Virus record (IMG/VR): IMGVR_UViG_3300017766_003288
Location: 1 to 49,292 of that record
DNA length: 49,292 bases
Reading direction: 5' to 3' (one strand)
From: a virus
Lineage: Duplodnaviria > Caudoviricetes
Shown here piece after piece: positions 37,241 through 47,022 of the stretch; positions within the stretch are counted from its first letter, which is position 1, and every line of letters begins with the position of its first letter. Under the pieces are notes generated by a model. It ran no database searches. It was given only the letters and a program-made list of their open reading frames with translations, and was not told where the DNA came from. The position numbers and the translations under genes were made by a program.

Positions 37241-38616
37241 AACAAACCTCTTTCTTTCATAAAGTCTTTGAACTCTTGTATCTGTTCATCCCAGACTCTT
37301 GGTTTTGTTTGTCTAAAAAGATGAACATTTGGACCATACCAATAAGTATTCTTTTCTGAATGTTCCCAGATATAATAATCTAAAATGGGAACAAAAACAC
37401 AAACTTCTTTCCCAAGTGCTCCAGCAATATGAGCAATAGAAGTACAAGAAGTAATCACTAAATCCATATTATTTACGATAGAAACCGTATCTGTAAAATC
37501 CTTTCTATCATCAAACTGAATAACTGATGAATAATCATTTACTTCTGGAGTTTCATTTGGGAGTTGAAGTGAATATAATGAATGTCCAGAATCTTCAAGA
37601 ACACTCATATAGTCTTTGAGATATGTGTTCCTAAAGTGTGCCTGGTCAAAACCAGAGCTAGATGCCCAGAACATCCCTATCTTAAAGTTTTTATCTTCTT
37701 TAAGATATGAATACTTCTTTTCTTTCTCTGGTAGTGGTTTTATATAATCCCCATACCACAAATCTTTTGATGTGAGTTTTAGGTAATATGGAATCGCAAG
37801 AGCATATACCCATTCAGCATCATCAGGAACTTCTCTGTCGTAGTTTAGAATATACTTTTCAGTCTTTCTTGATATTTCTAAATCACTATGAATACAGTTA
37901 TATCCATTATACTCAAATATTTTAATCAAATCTTTTCTTGTTGTTGTCCATATAGGTTTCATTCCCAAGTCTTCAAGATGCTTCATAAAACGAATGTGTA
38001 TAAACTCATCCCCAGCACCACATTTAGTATCAACTATTAAAGTTTTATCTGGTGAAACAGTTCCATCCCATTTCTTATAGTCATATCTTTTTTCTAAATC
38101 ACTTTCTTCTTCTCTTAAATAATGTCTTAATCCTTCAACTACATCATCTTGACGAAAATAGTGCCCAGAAAGATTATGCCAGGCAGCATCTTTAATTTCT
38201 TTTGATGCATTTGGCATCTCTAATACTTGGAAAAGTATCTCCTCACACTTTTCTTTTTCATTTATTCCAGAATAAGCAAAACTTTCTTGTATTATAAGTT
38301 CTGGATCTTTTGGAGTTATTCTTTTAAGTTCTTTGATGAATGGTAATGCCTTATCTGGATAGTTTTGATTGTTATATGCTGATATTAAATTAGTTTTAAG
38401 AATATATTCCTGATCAGAGTTTAATGGAAATGAGAGTATCTTTTCTCCAAACTTAATAGCATTTTTGTAGTCTTTTATATCAAAACACAACTTTGCCAAT
38501 TCATCATATTGTTGAAATGTGTTTGATTTCTTTGCGAATGAATCTATAACAGAACTTATAGTTTCTTTCTCACCCCAAGAATTCAAAGTTTTTATAACAA
38601 CTTCAAGTGGATTCAT
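37237..38616 (-). CDS. TPR + GT9-like (GT-B) glycosyltransferase
   Basis: N-terminal TPR helices; KWDG, GAGDEF..IRF, IGMFW, SLQ, DFTDT......MDLVITSCTSIAHIAGALG, WYG..V.LFRQ. Confidence 0.82.
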   Translation of the reverse strand: MNPLEVVIKTLNSWGEKETISSVIDSFAKKSNTFQQYDELAKLCFDIKDYKNAIKFGEKILSFPLNSDQEYILKTNLISAYNNQNYPDKALPFIKELKRITPKDPELIIQESFAYSGINEKEKCEEILFQVLEMPNASKEIKDAAWHNLSGHYFRQDDVVEGLRHYLREEESDLEKRYDYKKWDGTVSPDKTLIVDTKCGAGDEFIHIRFMKHLEDLGMKPIWTTTRKDLIKIFEYNGYNCIHSDLEISRKTEKYILNYDREVPDDAEWVYALAIPYYLKLTSKDLWYGDYIKPLPEKEKKYSYLKEDKNFKIGMFWASSSGFDQAHFRNTYLKDYMSVLEDSGHSLYSLQLPNETPEVNDYSSVIQFDDRKDFTDTVSIVNNMDLVITSCTSIAHIAGALGKEVCVFVPILDYYIWEHSEKNTYWYGPNVHLFRQTKPRVWDEQIQEFKDFMKERGLL

Positions 38617-38637
38617 ACAAAAATAATGTATTTGAGG

Positions 38638-38644
38638 TATTTAG
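38638..38644 (-). promoter_or_regulatory. Late promoter (CTAAATA) upstream of TPR-GT9
   Basis: CTAAATA in the intergenic gap, 21 nt before the ATG. Confidence 0.6.
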
Positions 38645-38649
38645 TATTC

Positions 38650-39918
38650 TCAATTAGTTGTAAATTTTATTGCCGCATTATTAGATACATAATGATCCGA
38701 AATAAATCTCCAAGAATTACTTGAAGTAAATTCTTGTCTTGGAGTTGATCTATTTTGTGTAGTATTATCTCCCAGTTGTCCCAATGTATTAGAACCCCAA
38801 GCCCATAAAGTTCCATCAGTTTTGATTGCTGCTGTATTATTATTACTCGCACAAACTTGTTTCCAGTTATTACTTGCACTAAATTCTTGTACTGGAGTTG
38901 ATCTCCATCCAACGCTAAGATTAATACCCAATTGACTAAAACTATTACTTCCCCAAACCCATAAAGTTCCATCAGTTCTTATTGCTGTGGAATGATCAAA
39001 CCCAGCAGAAACTTGTTTCCAACCATTAATGCCAATACCTGCACCAGCACTTATTTGCCTTGGCGTTGATCTAGACTGTGTAGTATTATCTCCAACTTGC
39101 CCACCCGAATTCCATCCCCATCCCCACAAAGTTCCATCAGTTTTTATTGCTAATACATGATATCCACCAGCAGAAACTTGTTTCCAATTAGTGCTTGATG
39201 TTGCTTCTTGTCTTGGTGTTGATCTTGCAGTACTTCCTGATGTATTTTGCCCCAATCCTCCATTAATATTAGATCCCCAAGACCATAAAGTTCCATCATA
39301 CCTAATTGCTAGTCCAAAATTAGATCCACCAGAAACTTGCGTCCAACCATTAATACCAATACCTGCACCAGCACTTATTTGCCTTGGTGTTGATCTAGAT
39401 TGTATAGTATTATCTCCCGCAGATCCATAACTATTTTGCCCCCAAGACCATAAAGTTCCATCATCTCTTATCACATAAGGATTAAGATTTAATCCACAAC
39501 TAATTTGTTTCCATCCAGTCAAACCACCTGCGGCCGCAATACTTATTTGTCTTGGGGTTGATCTAGTTACTCTAGTATTATCACCGATAGATGGAATAGG
39601 ATAATTGGCACCCCACATCCATAAAGTTCCGTCAGTTTTAATTGCCCCAGAAACACTTCCACCGCCGGAAATTTTCTTCCAATTACAACTTCTAGTAAAT
39701 TCTTGTGTTGGAGTTGATCTATTGGCAATTGTATTATCTCCAATTTGACCACTATCATTATACCCCCAAATATATAACTCTGCGGGATATGCAATAAGTG
39801 CAGAAAATGCCGAATTTAAATTTGGATATACTGTTGCAACATAATCTTGAGTAACTAATTTTTTACCAAGATCTACTCCATTACTGTCTTTGAAATTGGT
39901 AGTTGGTTCGTATACCAT
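38650..39918 (-). CDS. RCC1/BLIP-II repeat beta-propeller protein
   Basis: About seven DGTLW.WG.N..G..GDNT...RSTPRQ repeats. Confidence 0.9.
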   Translation of the reverse strand: MVYEPTTNFKDSNGVDLGKKLVTQDYVATVYPNLNSAFSALIAYPAELYIWGYNDSGQIGDNTIANRSTPTQEFTRSCNWKKISGGGSVSGAIKTDGTLWMWGANYPIPSIGDNTRVTRSTPRQISIAAAGGLTGWKQISCGLNLNPYVIRDDGTLWSWGQNSYGSAGDNTIQSRSTPRQISAGAGIGINGWTQVSGGSNFGLAIRYDGTLWSWGSNINGGLGQNTSGSTARSTPRQEATSSTNWKQVSAGGYHVLAIKTDGTLWGWGWNSGGQVGDNTTQSRSTPRQISAGAGIGINGWKQVSAGFDHSTAIRTDGTLWVWGSNSFSQLGINLSVGWRSTPVQEFSASNNWKQVCASNNNTAAIKTDGTLWAWGSNTLGQLGDNTTQNRSTPRQEFTSSNSWRFISDHYVSNNAAIKFTTN

Positions 39919-39921
39919 AGG

Positions 39922-40581
39922 TTAAAATTTTTTAGTTTTTAAATTCTCTACAATTACGACATCAAATACTTCTTCTTTTGTTGTGCAATTATCAATTTCT
40001 TGAAGTTTTGCATATTCCCAATCAAATGCTTCCTGAACTTTTAAATCAATTTGTTGAACTATGTATTCCAAATCAGTCTTTGAAACATTAATCCAAGTGC
40101 TATCACTAAACTTATATAGAACAGTTTCCGTTTCAGGAAGTGCCGTTAGTTTATTAATAAATTGAGTTCTTTGTTCTCTTGATGTTAATATTGATAAATC
40201 TGTGTTTTGTATATTGAGAGTTAAATATTGATTTTCTTTTTCTCTTCTTATTGGTGAGAGTTGTTGTTTATATTCATCTTTGATTTGATCTAATGATTTA
40301 TCAACAACCTCATAATTAAACTGTGCTTTTTGAATATCATTATCAGTAATTATTTCCCAATCTGTATATCTTAAAACTTGAGACCTCTCATCATATTCTG
40401 GTTGATTTAATACTACTTCTAAAAGAAAAGTGGTTGAATTAATTTCTAATGGTACATTTTCATAATCCCTTGGTCCAATTCTTTCTTCTATTTCATTATC
40501 TTCCAAGTCCGAATTAATAAAACGATAATTAAACTTAATTGGACCTAGAAGTAGTTGTGAATTATGAATGAGTGCGTACAT
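39922..40581 (-). CDS. DUF4376-like tail fibre-associated protein
   Basis: K......R.EKE...R......YKF....W.....L......VQEAFDWE pattern; lies between RCC1 fibre genes. Confidence 0.6.
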   Translation of the reverse strand: MYALIHNSQLLLGPIKFNYRFINSDLEDNEIEERIGPRDYENVPLEINSTTFLLEVVLNQPEYDERSQVLRYTDWEIITDNDIQKAQFNYEVVDKSLDQIKDEYKQQLSPIRREKENQYLTLNIQNTDLSILTSREQRTQFINKLTALPETETVLYKFSDSTWINVSKTDLEYIVQQIDLKVQEAFDWEYAKLQEIDNCTTKEEVFDVVIVENLKTKKF

Positions 40582-40593
40582 ATCTTTTTTGAC

Positions 40594-40600
40594 TATTTAT
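40594..40600 (-). promoter_or_regulatory. Late promoter (ATAAATA)
   Basis: ATAAATA in a 21-bp gap, 12 nt before the ATG. Confidence 0.6.
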
Positions 40601-40602
40601 TG

Positions 40603-41826
40603 TTAGTTAAGTTCAACACCAGCTTTAATTGCTACTGTATGATTAAATCCAGTAGTAACTTGTTTCCAATTAGTACCTGATGTAAGTTCTTGTCTTGGAG
40701 TTGATCTGGATGCTCCTGTAGTATTATCACCTATTTGTCCATTTCCATTTCCACCCCAAGACCATAAAGTTCCATCAGTTTTGATTGCTCTAACGGCCGA
40801 TGTTCCTCCTGCAGCATATTTCCAGTTATTACTTGCAGTAAATTCTCTTGTTGGTACTGACTTGGGAATATTAGTATTATCTCCTATTTGTCCACTAGCA
40901 CCAGCACCCCAAACCCATAATCCACCACTATAATTGATTGCTATGGTATGTTGATTTCCTGTAGAAACTTGTCTCCAATTATTTAATCCAGTTATTCCAA
41001 CACTTATTTGTCTTGGCGTCAATCTATCTATATTTGTATTATCGCCTATTTGTCCAATTACATTATCTCCCCAAACCCATAAGGTTCCATCAGTTCTTAT
41101 TGCTGCTGTATGAAATCCTCCAGCAGAAACTTGCGCCCATCCAGTTAAACCGCCTGCGGCCGCAATACTTATTTGTCTTGGTGTCGATCTTTGTATAGTA
41201 GTATTATCACCTAGTTGTCCATCAGTATTAAGTCCCCAAGCCCATAAAGTTCCATCATTTCTTATTGCTGCTGTATGATATCCTCCAGAAGAAACTTGCA
41301 CCCATCCAGATAAACCACTGGGTGGTAATGCAGCAATACTTATTTGTCTAGGTACGGATCTTCTAGCAACTAAGAATGTACCTTGATTATCACCTATTTG
41401 CGTACCTCCATTATCACCCCAAACCCATAAGGTTCCATCATTTCTTATTGCCGCACTATGAAACCTTCCGCCAGAAATTTGTTTCCATCTATCAATACCA
41501 ACACCAGCACCAGTACTTATTTGTCTTGGAGTTGATCTATTTCCAATAGTATTATCACCTATAGATCCATAAGCATTACTTCCCCAAGCCCATAAAGTTC
41601 CATCAGTTTTAACTGCCAATGTATGGCTATATCCACTAGAAACTTGTCTCCAGTTAGTGCTTGAACTAAATTCTTGTCTTGCAGTTGATCTGACTACTTG
41701 AGTATTATCAGGTACATTATTTCCCCAAGCCCATAAAGTATCGCCAATAAATTGATCCACTAACCAATACTCATCCGCAAAGTAAAATTCTAAATCTCCT
41801 TCTGGTGATAAAAACTGGCCAGGCAT
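40603..41826 (-). CDS. RCC1/BLIP-II repeat beta-propeller protein
   Basis: Repeated VS.G..HT.AI..DGTLW.WG.N..GQIGDNT...RSTPRQ. Confidence 0.9.
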   Translation of the reverse strand: MPGQFLSPEGDLEFYFADEYWLVDQFIGDTLWAWGNNVPDNTQVVRSTARQEFSSSTNWRQVSSGYSHTLAVKTDGTLWAWGSNAYGSIGDNTIGNRSTPRQISTGAGVGIDRWKQISGGRFHSAAIRNDGTLWVWGDNGGTQIGDNQGTFLVARRSVPRQISIAALPPSGLSGWVQVSSGGYHTAAIRNDGTLWAWGLNTDGQLGDNTTIQRSTPRQISIAAAGGLTGWAQVSAGGFHTAAIRTDGTLWVWGDNVIGQIGDNTNIDRLTPRQISVGITGLNNWRQVSTGNQHTIAINYSGGLWVWGAGASGQIGDNTNIPKSVPTREFTASNNWKYAAGGTSAVRAIKTDGTLWSWGGNGNGQIGDNTTGASRSTPRQELTSGTNWKQVTTGFNHTVAIKAGVELN

Positions 41827-41831
41827 CTATC

Positions 41832-43964
41832 TTACCCTCCTTTTAACTCATCAATTTGTCTTTGCTGTTCCTTGATTGCTTCAATTAATAATGCAACAAT
41901 ATTTCCGTAAGAAACTGTTTTTAGACCTCTATGGTCAACAGTAACAACTTCTGGAAGAATCTTTTCTATTTCTTGTGCGATCACACCAATAGAACCTTTA
42001 TTATGGTTATCAATCCAATCATAATAAACCCCATTCATATTAAGAACCATATCTAATGCATTTGAAATAGATCTTATATTTGTTTTTTGAGTTTCATCTG
42101 AAAGTGAAGTGAATATAGTTGCAGATAAAGTTCCTGTCGAATCATTAAATGTAAGCTTACCCGTTGATATATTAATGTTTGTTAGAGAACCAGCAGCAGT
42201 CTGGTTGGTAAATAATGGATAATATGCTGTACCACCAGGAGCGTTAGCAGTAATAGCACCAGTTCCAGATACACCTTGAGCACCTTGAGAACTCTGAGTA
42301 CCCTGAGTTCCTTGAGTACCCTGAGTACCTTGAGTACCCTGAGTACCTTGTCTTCCTTGTAATCCTTGAAGACCTTGAACACCTTGAACACCCTGTGTTC
42401 CTTGATTAGCAATACCTTGAGTACCCTGAGTTCCTTGAGTACCCTGAGTCCCCTGGTTAGCAATACCTTGAGTTCCCTGTGTTCCTTGAGTACCCTGAGT
42501 TCCTTGAGTACCCTGAGTACCTTGTCTTCCTTGTAATCCTTGAAGACCTTGAACACCTTGTGTTCCTTGGTTAGCAATACCTTGAGTTCCCTGGTTAGCA
42601 ATACCTTGAGTTCCCTGTGTTCCTTGAGTACCTTGTATCCCCTGAGTTCCTTGAGTTCCTTGAGTACCCTGAGTTCCTTGGGTACCTTGAGGACCTACCT
42701 GCCAGGATGCGTTTCCAGTACCAGTATTATATGTTACTGTTAACCCCGTTGTTGGTAAGTTGACTTGTCCTGGTAACCATCTTAAGTGACCAACATTATT
42801 TCCATCGCTGTTGACTGTTGCAAGTAATAACCACCCTTCACCTGGAGACCAAGTGGAGTTTGGGTATGCTATTAATCTAAATTTGGTTTGATCACTAGTG
42901 GCACCCTGTCCTGGAGTCACCTGATAATATAATCCTTCCCAGGCAGCCATAGGAACTCCAGCTGCGGTGCAAGTAACTGTAGTGGTTACGTTAGAACTAT
43001 TATAATAAGTAATAGTTCCTGATGTTGGGCAGTTTATATCAATATATCCATTAACACCAAATTCAGTATTTTCTACTGGAATTGCAATAACTCTAGTGCC
43101 CCATAAGAGAGAAGATCCAGTCCAAGTAACTAATCCACCACCACTCAACGAATATTGTGCGGTAGATGTTCTATATTCCGTTTGACCAGTACGTCCTTGA
43201 GTACCCTGAGCACCCTGCGTCCCCTGAGCACCTTGAGTTCCTTGAGTACCCTGAGTACCTTGTGTTCCCTGGTTAGCAATACCTTGAGTACCCTGTGTTC
43301 CTTGAGTACCCTGTGTTCCCTGTGTTCCTTGATTAGCAATACCTTGTGTTCCCTGTGTTCCTTGAGTACCCTGAGTTCCTTGAGTACCCTGTGTTCCTTG
43401 AGTACCCTGAGTACCTTGTCTTCCTTGTAATCCTTGAAGACCTTGAAGACCTTGAACACCTTGTGTTCCCTGGTTAGCAATACCTTGAGTACCCTGTGTT
43501 CCTTGAGTACCCTGTGTTCCCTGGTTAGCAATACCTTGAGTACCCTGTGTTCCCTGGTTAGCAATACCTTGAGTACCCTGTGTTCCCTGGTTAGCAATAC
43601 CTTGAGTACCCTGTGTTCCTTGAGTACCCTGTGTTCCTTGAGTACCTTGTCTTCCTTGCAATCCTTGTAATCCTTGAAGACCTTGAACACCCTGAGTTCC
43701 CTGGTTAGCAATACCTTGGACTCCTTGAGTACCTTGAGCACCCTGAGTGCCTTGAGTACCTTGAGTACCCTGAGTACCCTGAGTGCCTTGTCTTCCCTGA
43801 AGTCCTTGAAGTCCTTGCAAACCTACAGAAGTAGTCCAAGCAATACCTACACCAGTTGATATTAAAATTGATCCACCAACACCTACTTGGTTGGAACTAT
43901 CGTAAATACCTCCATCAATCTTAACATCACCATAAATTCTTGTACCTGACTTAAGTTTTGCCAT
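41832..43964 (-). CDS. Collagen-like tail fibre with C-terminal intramolecular chaperone (peptidase S74)
   Basis: Two Gly-Thr-Gln tracts flank a globular domain; C-terminal SD...KTNI..I.NAL...GVIAQEIEKILPEVV...V.YGNIVALLIEAIKE. Confidence 0.88.
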   Translation of the reverse strand: MAKLKSGTRIYGDVKIDGGIYDSSNQVGVGGSILISTGVGIAWTTSVGLQGLQGLQGRQGTQGTQGTQGTQGTQGAQGTQGVQGIANQGTQGVQGLQGLQGLQGRQGTQGTQGTQGTQGTQGIANQGTQGTQGIANQGTQGTQGIANQGTQGTQGTQGTQGIANQGTQGVQGLQGLQGLQGRQGTQGTQGTQGTQGTQGTQGTQGTQGIANQGTQGTQGTQGTQGTQGIANQGTQGTQGTQGTQGAQGTQGAQGTQGRTGQTEYRTSTAQYSLSGGGLVTWTGSSLLWGTRVIAIPVENTEFGVNGYIDINCPTSGTITYYNSSNVTTTVTCTAAGVPMAAWEGLYYQVTPGQGATSDQTKFRLIAYPNSTWSPGEGWLLLATVNSDGNNVGHLRWLPGQVNLPTTGLTVTYNTGTGNASWQVGPQGTQGTQGTQGTQGTQGIQGTQGTQGTQGIANQGTQGIANQGTQGVQGLQGLQGRQGTQGTQGTQGTQGTQGTQGIANQGTQGTQGTQGTQGIANQGTQGVQGVQGLQGLQGRQGTQGTQGTQGTQGTQGTQSSQGAQGVSGTGAITANAPGGTAYYPLFTNQTAAGSLTNINISTGKLTFNDSTGTLSATIFTSLSDETQKTNIRSISNALDMVLNMNGVYYDWIDNHNKGSIGVIAQEIEKILPEVVTVDHRGLKTVSYGNIVALLIEAIKEQQRQIDELKGG
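42270..42692. repeat. Collagen-codon tandem repeat tract
   Basis: ccttgagta/ccctgagtt 9-mers with ttagcaata (GIAN) interruptions. Confidence 0.9.
43190..43823. repeat. Collagen-codon tandem repeat tract with 33-bp higher-order units
   Basis: ccttgagtaccctgtgttccctggttagcaata repeated exactly around 43501-43600. Confidence 0.9.
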
Positions 43965-43967
43965 TTC

Positions 43968-46900
43968 TTATGCTTGTGCCTCCGTCCAAGATAAACGACC
44001 AAACACATTACAAGACTGTGCGGCAAGGTTAGTAACCACAATCGTCAATGTATCAGGTCCATCGGGATAAATTTGAGTATTGGCAGTTGTACCACCACCA
44101 CCAAGAATAGAATTACCAAGGTCTCTAACCTGAGAAAGGTCAATTGAGTTTGCACCAGAACCAACGAAGAAACCTGCTGTAACTTCACCACCAGATACGG
44201 TAGTGCTTCCTGCTGCGTAATCTGCAATTTGTGCAAGAGAAGAGTTTGCACGGTTTGCCACATTACCAACAGCATTTGTCCAAGTAGTTGCAGATGATGG
44301 AGTTGCGTTCAAGAATGCTTGTACAAGTAAATTCGCATTACCTGAAGCAGGAATTGCAGAAACATCAAGTGCCCTAAGTGTCAATTGCATTCTGTTAATT
44401 AATTCTCTTTGACCAAATGGTGCAGCAACACCATTATCAATAGAAGGTGCTACACGAATTGAGAAGAGTGCCCTAGTTGTGTTTGCAGCAACTGCAGTTG
44501 CTGTTGCCTGTCCATAAGTGAAGACCAAAGATTTATCATCATCATATCGTCCATCCATAATCACACTAGTTCCCCAGTGAGAGATAGAAGGTCCATAAGT
44601 CGGGAATGCCAGTTCAACGGCAACTGGGTCTGTAGCAGAGAAAGTAAATGTCTGTCCTGATGATGCTCCCATTGGAGGAATAATTACCGTTGGGTTCGCC
44701 GATGTTGCTGCCTGACTCAATGTAATAGTTCCAGTTCCAATTGAACTAATATATGTTCCTTCTGGGAATCCACCAATAACTCTTTGACCTACTTGTAAGT
44801 TTGTGGTGGTTGCTGTTGCTACATTGGAACCAGAAGCAACCGTAAGTGCAAGAGAAGTACTACCAGACCTTGCTCTGGTTACTCCAGTAAATGTAGTTGC
44901 AGTAACACCAGTATAATTCATATACTCATAAGTATTTGCATTACGAACAACGATTGTACCAGCACTTGGGAATCCTGCGGTGCTTGCAATACCAATAGTT
45001 GTATCAGATGCTCCCACACTTGCAGTAATTTTTGTTGTTGGTGGAAGACTTTCAGATTCATATCGTGCTGGTAAGTTACCAGAACGCATATATGCTTCTG
45101 TATTTACATTATTATTTGGTACTTTGTGGCAGTAAATTACATTACCATCTGGTCCACGGAATCCCCAACGAATAAATCCAGCACCATACCAAGAGTAATC
45201 AATATAGAACATCTGCATCTTGGTAAGGTCAATATTATATCCAGAAGGACCTGTACCATTACACTTATCAATATTCCAAGTTGACTGTGGATATTTTGTA
45301 TCAATTGTTTTTGAAATGATTACATAATCTGCAGTTGCTCCTCTATATGAAGGAGAAATCGTCATAGAAGTATCACTTGCAATATCAACAACACGATATG
45401 ACTGACCACGAAGAACAATAAAATTACCAATATCTAATTGCTTTGAAAATACAGTTGGGAATGTTGCATTTGTTTGAGTAATGGTATTTGAACCATTTGT
45501 TGCAGTAACCCTTCCCGCAAGTTGATAAGTAGAACTTCTACGAACCGCAGAAAGTGTTTGCCCATCAAACTCAAAGAATATTCCATTTTGAGCATCAAAA
45601 CTTCCAAGACGATTAGAACATCCATACCAACTTGAAACAGAGCAATTATAAGTTCCAGATGCGGGTGATGCTGAAGGAGTTGATAGTGCGGTATATTGGA
45701 AAGTATTATATCCAGTAACAGAGGTGATTGTAAAAGTTCCATTATATGCAGTTTCATTTGCACCAGAAATTGTAACTTGAGTTCCTGGTGTTGCTGCCTG
45801 AATATTGTGCTGTTCTTTTGTCTGAACCGTTACAGTTGTTCCTGAAGAAGTTAAACTATCAATCTGTAAACTTGGTTTTAAAATAGTACCAGAACTGACT
45901 TGAATACCTTTACCAGATTGATAACGGAAGTATCTTCTTGTTTGTCTGATTGCTTGCTCAAAGTTTCCATTTGAGTTTGATGTGAAAATAATTCCCCCAT
46001 CAAACGGTCTATGTAAAAATTGTCCCTGAGGTCTTACAAAGATTCTTCCACCAGTTGGGTTTGCTGCTGGTGCAGTAGTTGAATAATAAGTAAATGCAGT
46101 TGAACTGGTAATTGTAGCAACTACAAAAGAACCATTTGCATTTGCCTGTGATGTTCCAACAACCGAAACTTCATTACCGATTGCAAGACCGTGCGGAACT
46201 GTGGTTGTTACGGGAATTGCAGTTCCAGAAGTCCAAGAGAATGTTGGAGTTCCACCAATCTGAGCACTTGTATATGTTGTTCCAGAGAATATGCCAGTTT
46301 TATTGGAGTCAAAAATATTGGTAACCGTTGTGGTATTTGTTGCTCTTGCAGTATAAGTGAAGATTGTATTTCCAACACCACTCACAGTTTCTATAATAAA
46401 GTTTCCATTTGCAATATTCAAATAAGCATCTTGAACTACAATTGCGGTTCCGATTCCTGGTGCTGCTCCCTGCAATCCAACTGTTACTGTTCTAGAAGCA
46501 TTTGGAAGTGTAATATAATTGATTGAACCGACACCAACAGAAGAAGGATAAGCAAAAGGACGATTATTAATCATCGCAAGATTTTCCCACTTTGTAACCT
46601 GACTACCATACTCAAAGTCAGTATCAATCAGTGCTTGTGGTTGTGAAACTCTAAATTTATTTACAGGGTCTATATATGCTTCTGAAGGTGTAAACTTCTC
46701 ATCATATTCATCTACAATGATTTGAAGTTTATCGGTACTACTCATTCCAGCAGTATTATAATTCAATATGACTGTGGTTGTATTCGTACCACCAGAAGTT
46801 GAAACAGTATAAGCAATTGCCTTTAGGTTTGAGTCGGAGAAATTATAGATTACCGTGTTCGTCGTTACATTGGTAATCAAAATTAATCGTTCTCTCGGTA

Positions 46901-46976
46901 TAGCACGAGGAATGATGACAGTATTTGTGGAAGGGGCGAATGTATATCCAGTTTCCAGTATTGCCTTTCTTGCCAT
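43968..46976 (-). CDS. Large Thr/Gly-rich virion structural / fibre protein
   Basis: ILITNVTTNTVIYNF, QPQALIDTDFEYG, two HGL/HNI...V.I.G.....NG.F.I repeats, YFRYQSGKG, IDYSWYGAG. Confidence 0.7.
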   Translation of the reverse strand: MARKAILETGYTFAPSTNTVIIPRAIPRERLILITNVTTNTVIYNFSDSNLKAIAYTVSTSGGTNTTTVILNYNTAGMSSTDKLQIIVDEYDEKFTPSEAYIDPVNKFRVSQPQALIDTDFEYGSQVTKWENLAMINNRPFAYPSSVGVGSINYITLPNASRTVTVGLQGAAPGIGTAIVVQDAYLNIANGNFIIETVSGVGNTIFTYTARATNTTTVTNIFDSNKTGIFSGTTYTSAQIGGTPTFSWTSGTAIPVTTTVPHGLAIGNEVSVVGTSQANANGSFVVATITSSTAFTYYSTTAPAANPTGGRIFVRPQGQFLHRPFDGGIIFTSNSNGNFEQAIRQTRRYFRYQSGKGIQVSSGTILKPSLQIDSLTSSGTTVTVQTKEQHNIQAATPGTQVTISGANETAYNGTFTITSVTGYNTFQYTALSTPSASPASGTYNCSVSSWYGCSNRLGSFDAQNGIFFEFDGQTLSAVRRSSTYQLAGRVTATNGSNTITQTNATFPTVFSKQLDIGNFIVLRGQSYRVVDIASDTSMTISPSYRGATADYVIISKTIDTKYPQSTWNIDKCNGTGPSGYNIDLTKMQMFYIDYSWYGAGFIRWGFRGPDGNVIYCHKVPNNNVNTEAYMRSGNLPARYESESLPPTTKITASVGASDTTIGIASTAGFPSAGTIVVRNANTYEYMNYTGVTATTFTGVTRARSGSTSLALTVASGSNVATATTTNLQVGQRVIGGFPEGTYISSIGTGTITLSQAATSANPTVIIPPMGASSGQTFTFSATDPVAVELAFPTYGPSISHWGTSVIMDGRYDDDKSLVFTYGQATATAVAANTTRALFSIRVAPSIDNGVAAPFGQRELINRMQLTLRALDVSAIPASGNANLLVQAFLNATPSSATTWTNAVGNVANRANSSLAQIADYAAGSTTVSGGEVTAGFFVGSGANSIDLSQVRDLGNSILGGGGTTANTQIYPDGPDTLTIVVTNLAAQSCNVFGRLSWTEAQA

Positions 46977-46997
46977 AATTAATTGATACCTTTGCTA

Positions 46998-47004
46998 TAT
47001 TTAT
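46998..47004 (-). promoter_or_regulatory. Late promoter (ATAAATA)
   Basis: ATAAATA 21 nt before the ATG at 46976. Confidence 0.6.
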
Positions 47005-47022
47005 TACAGTAAAAATGAAGGT

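Noticed and set aside
34187-41826. Diversity-generating retroelement (repeat pairs plus an Mtd_N-like domain elsewhere)
   Set aside because: No reverse transcriptase in the window; repeat mismatches are not adenine-specific and all copies are coding
42182-43859. Alternate-frame and antisense ORFs (VLKE/LSTL repeats); same at 48712-49194
   Set aside because: By-products of the 9-bp collagen periodicity; no independent expression signals
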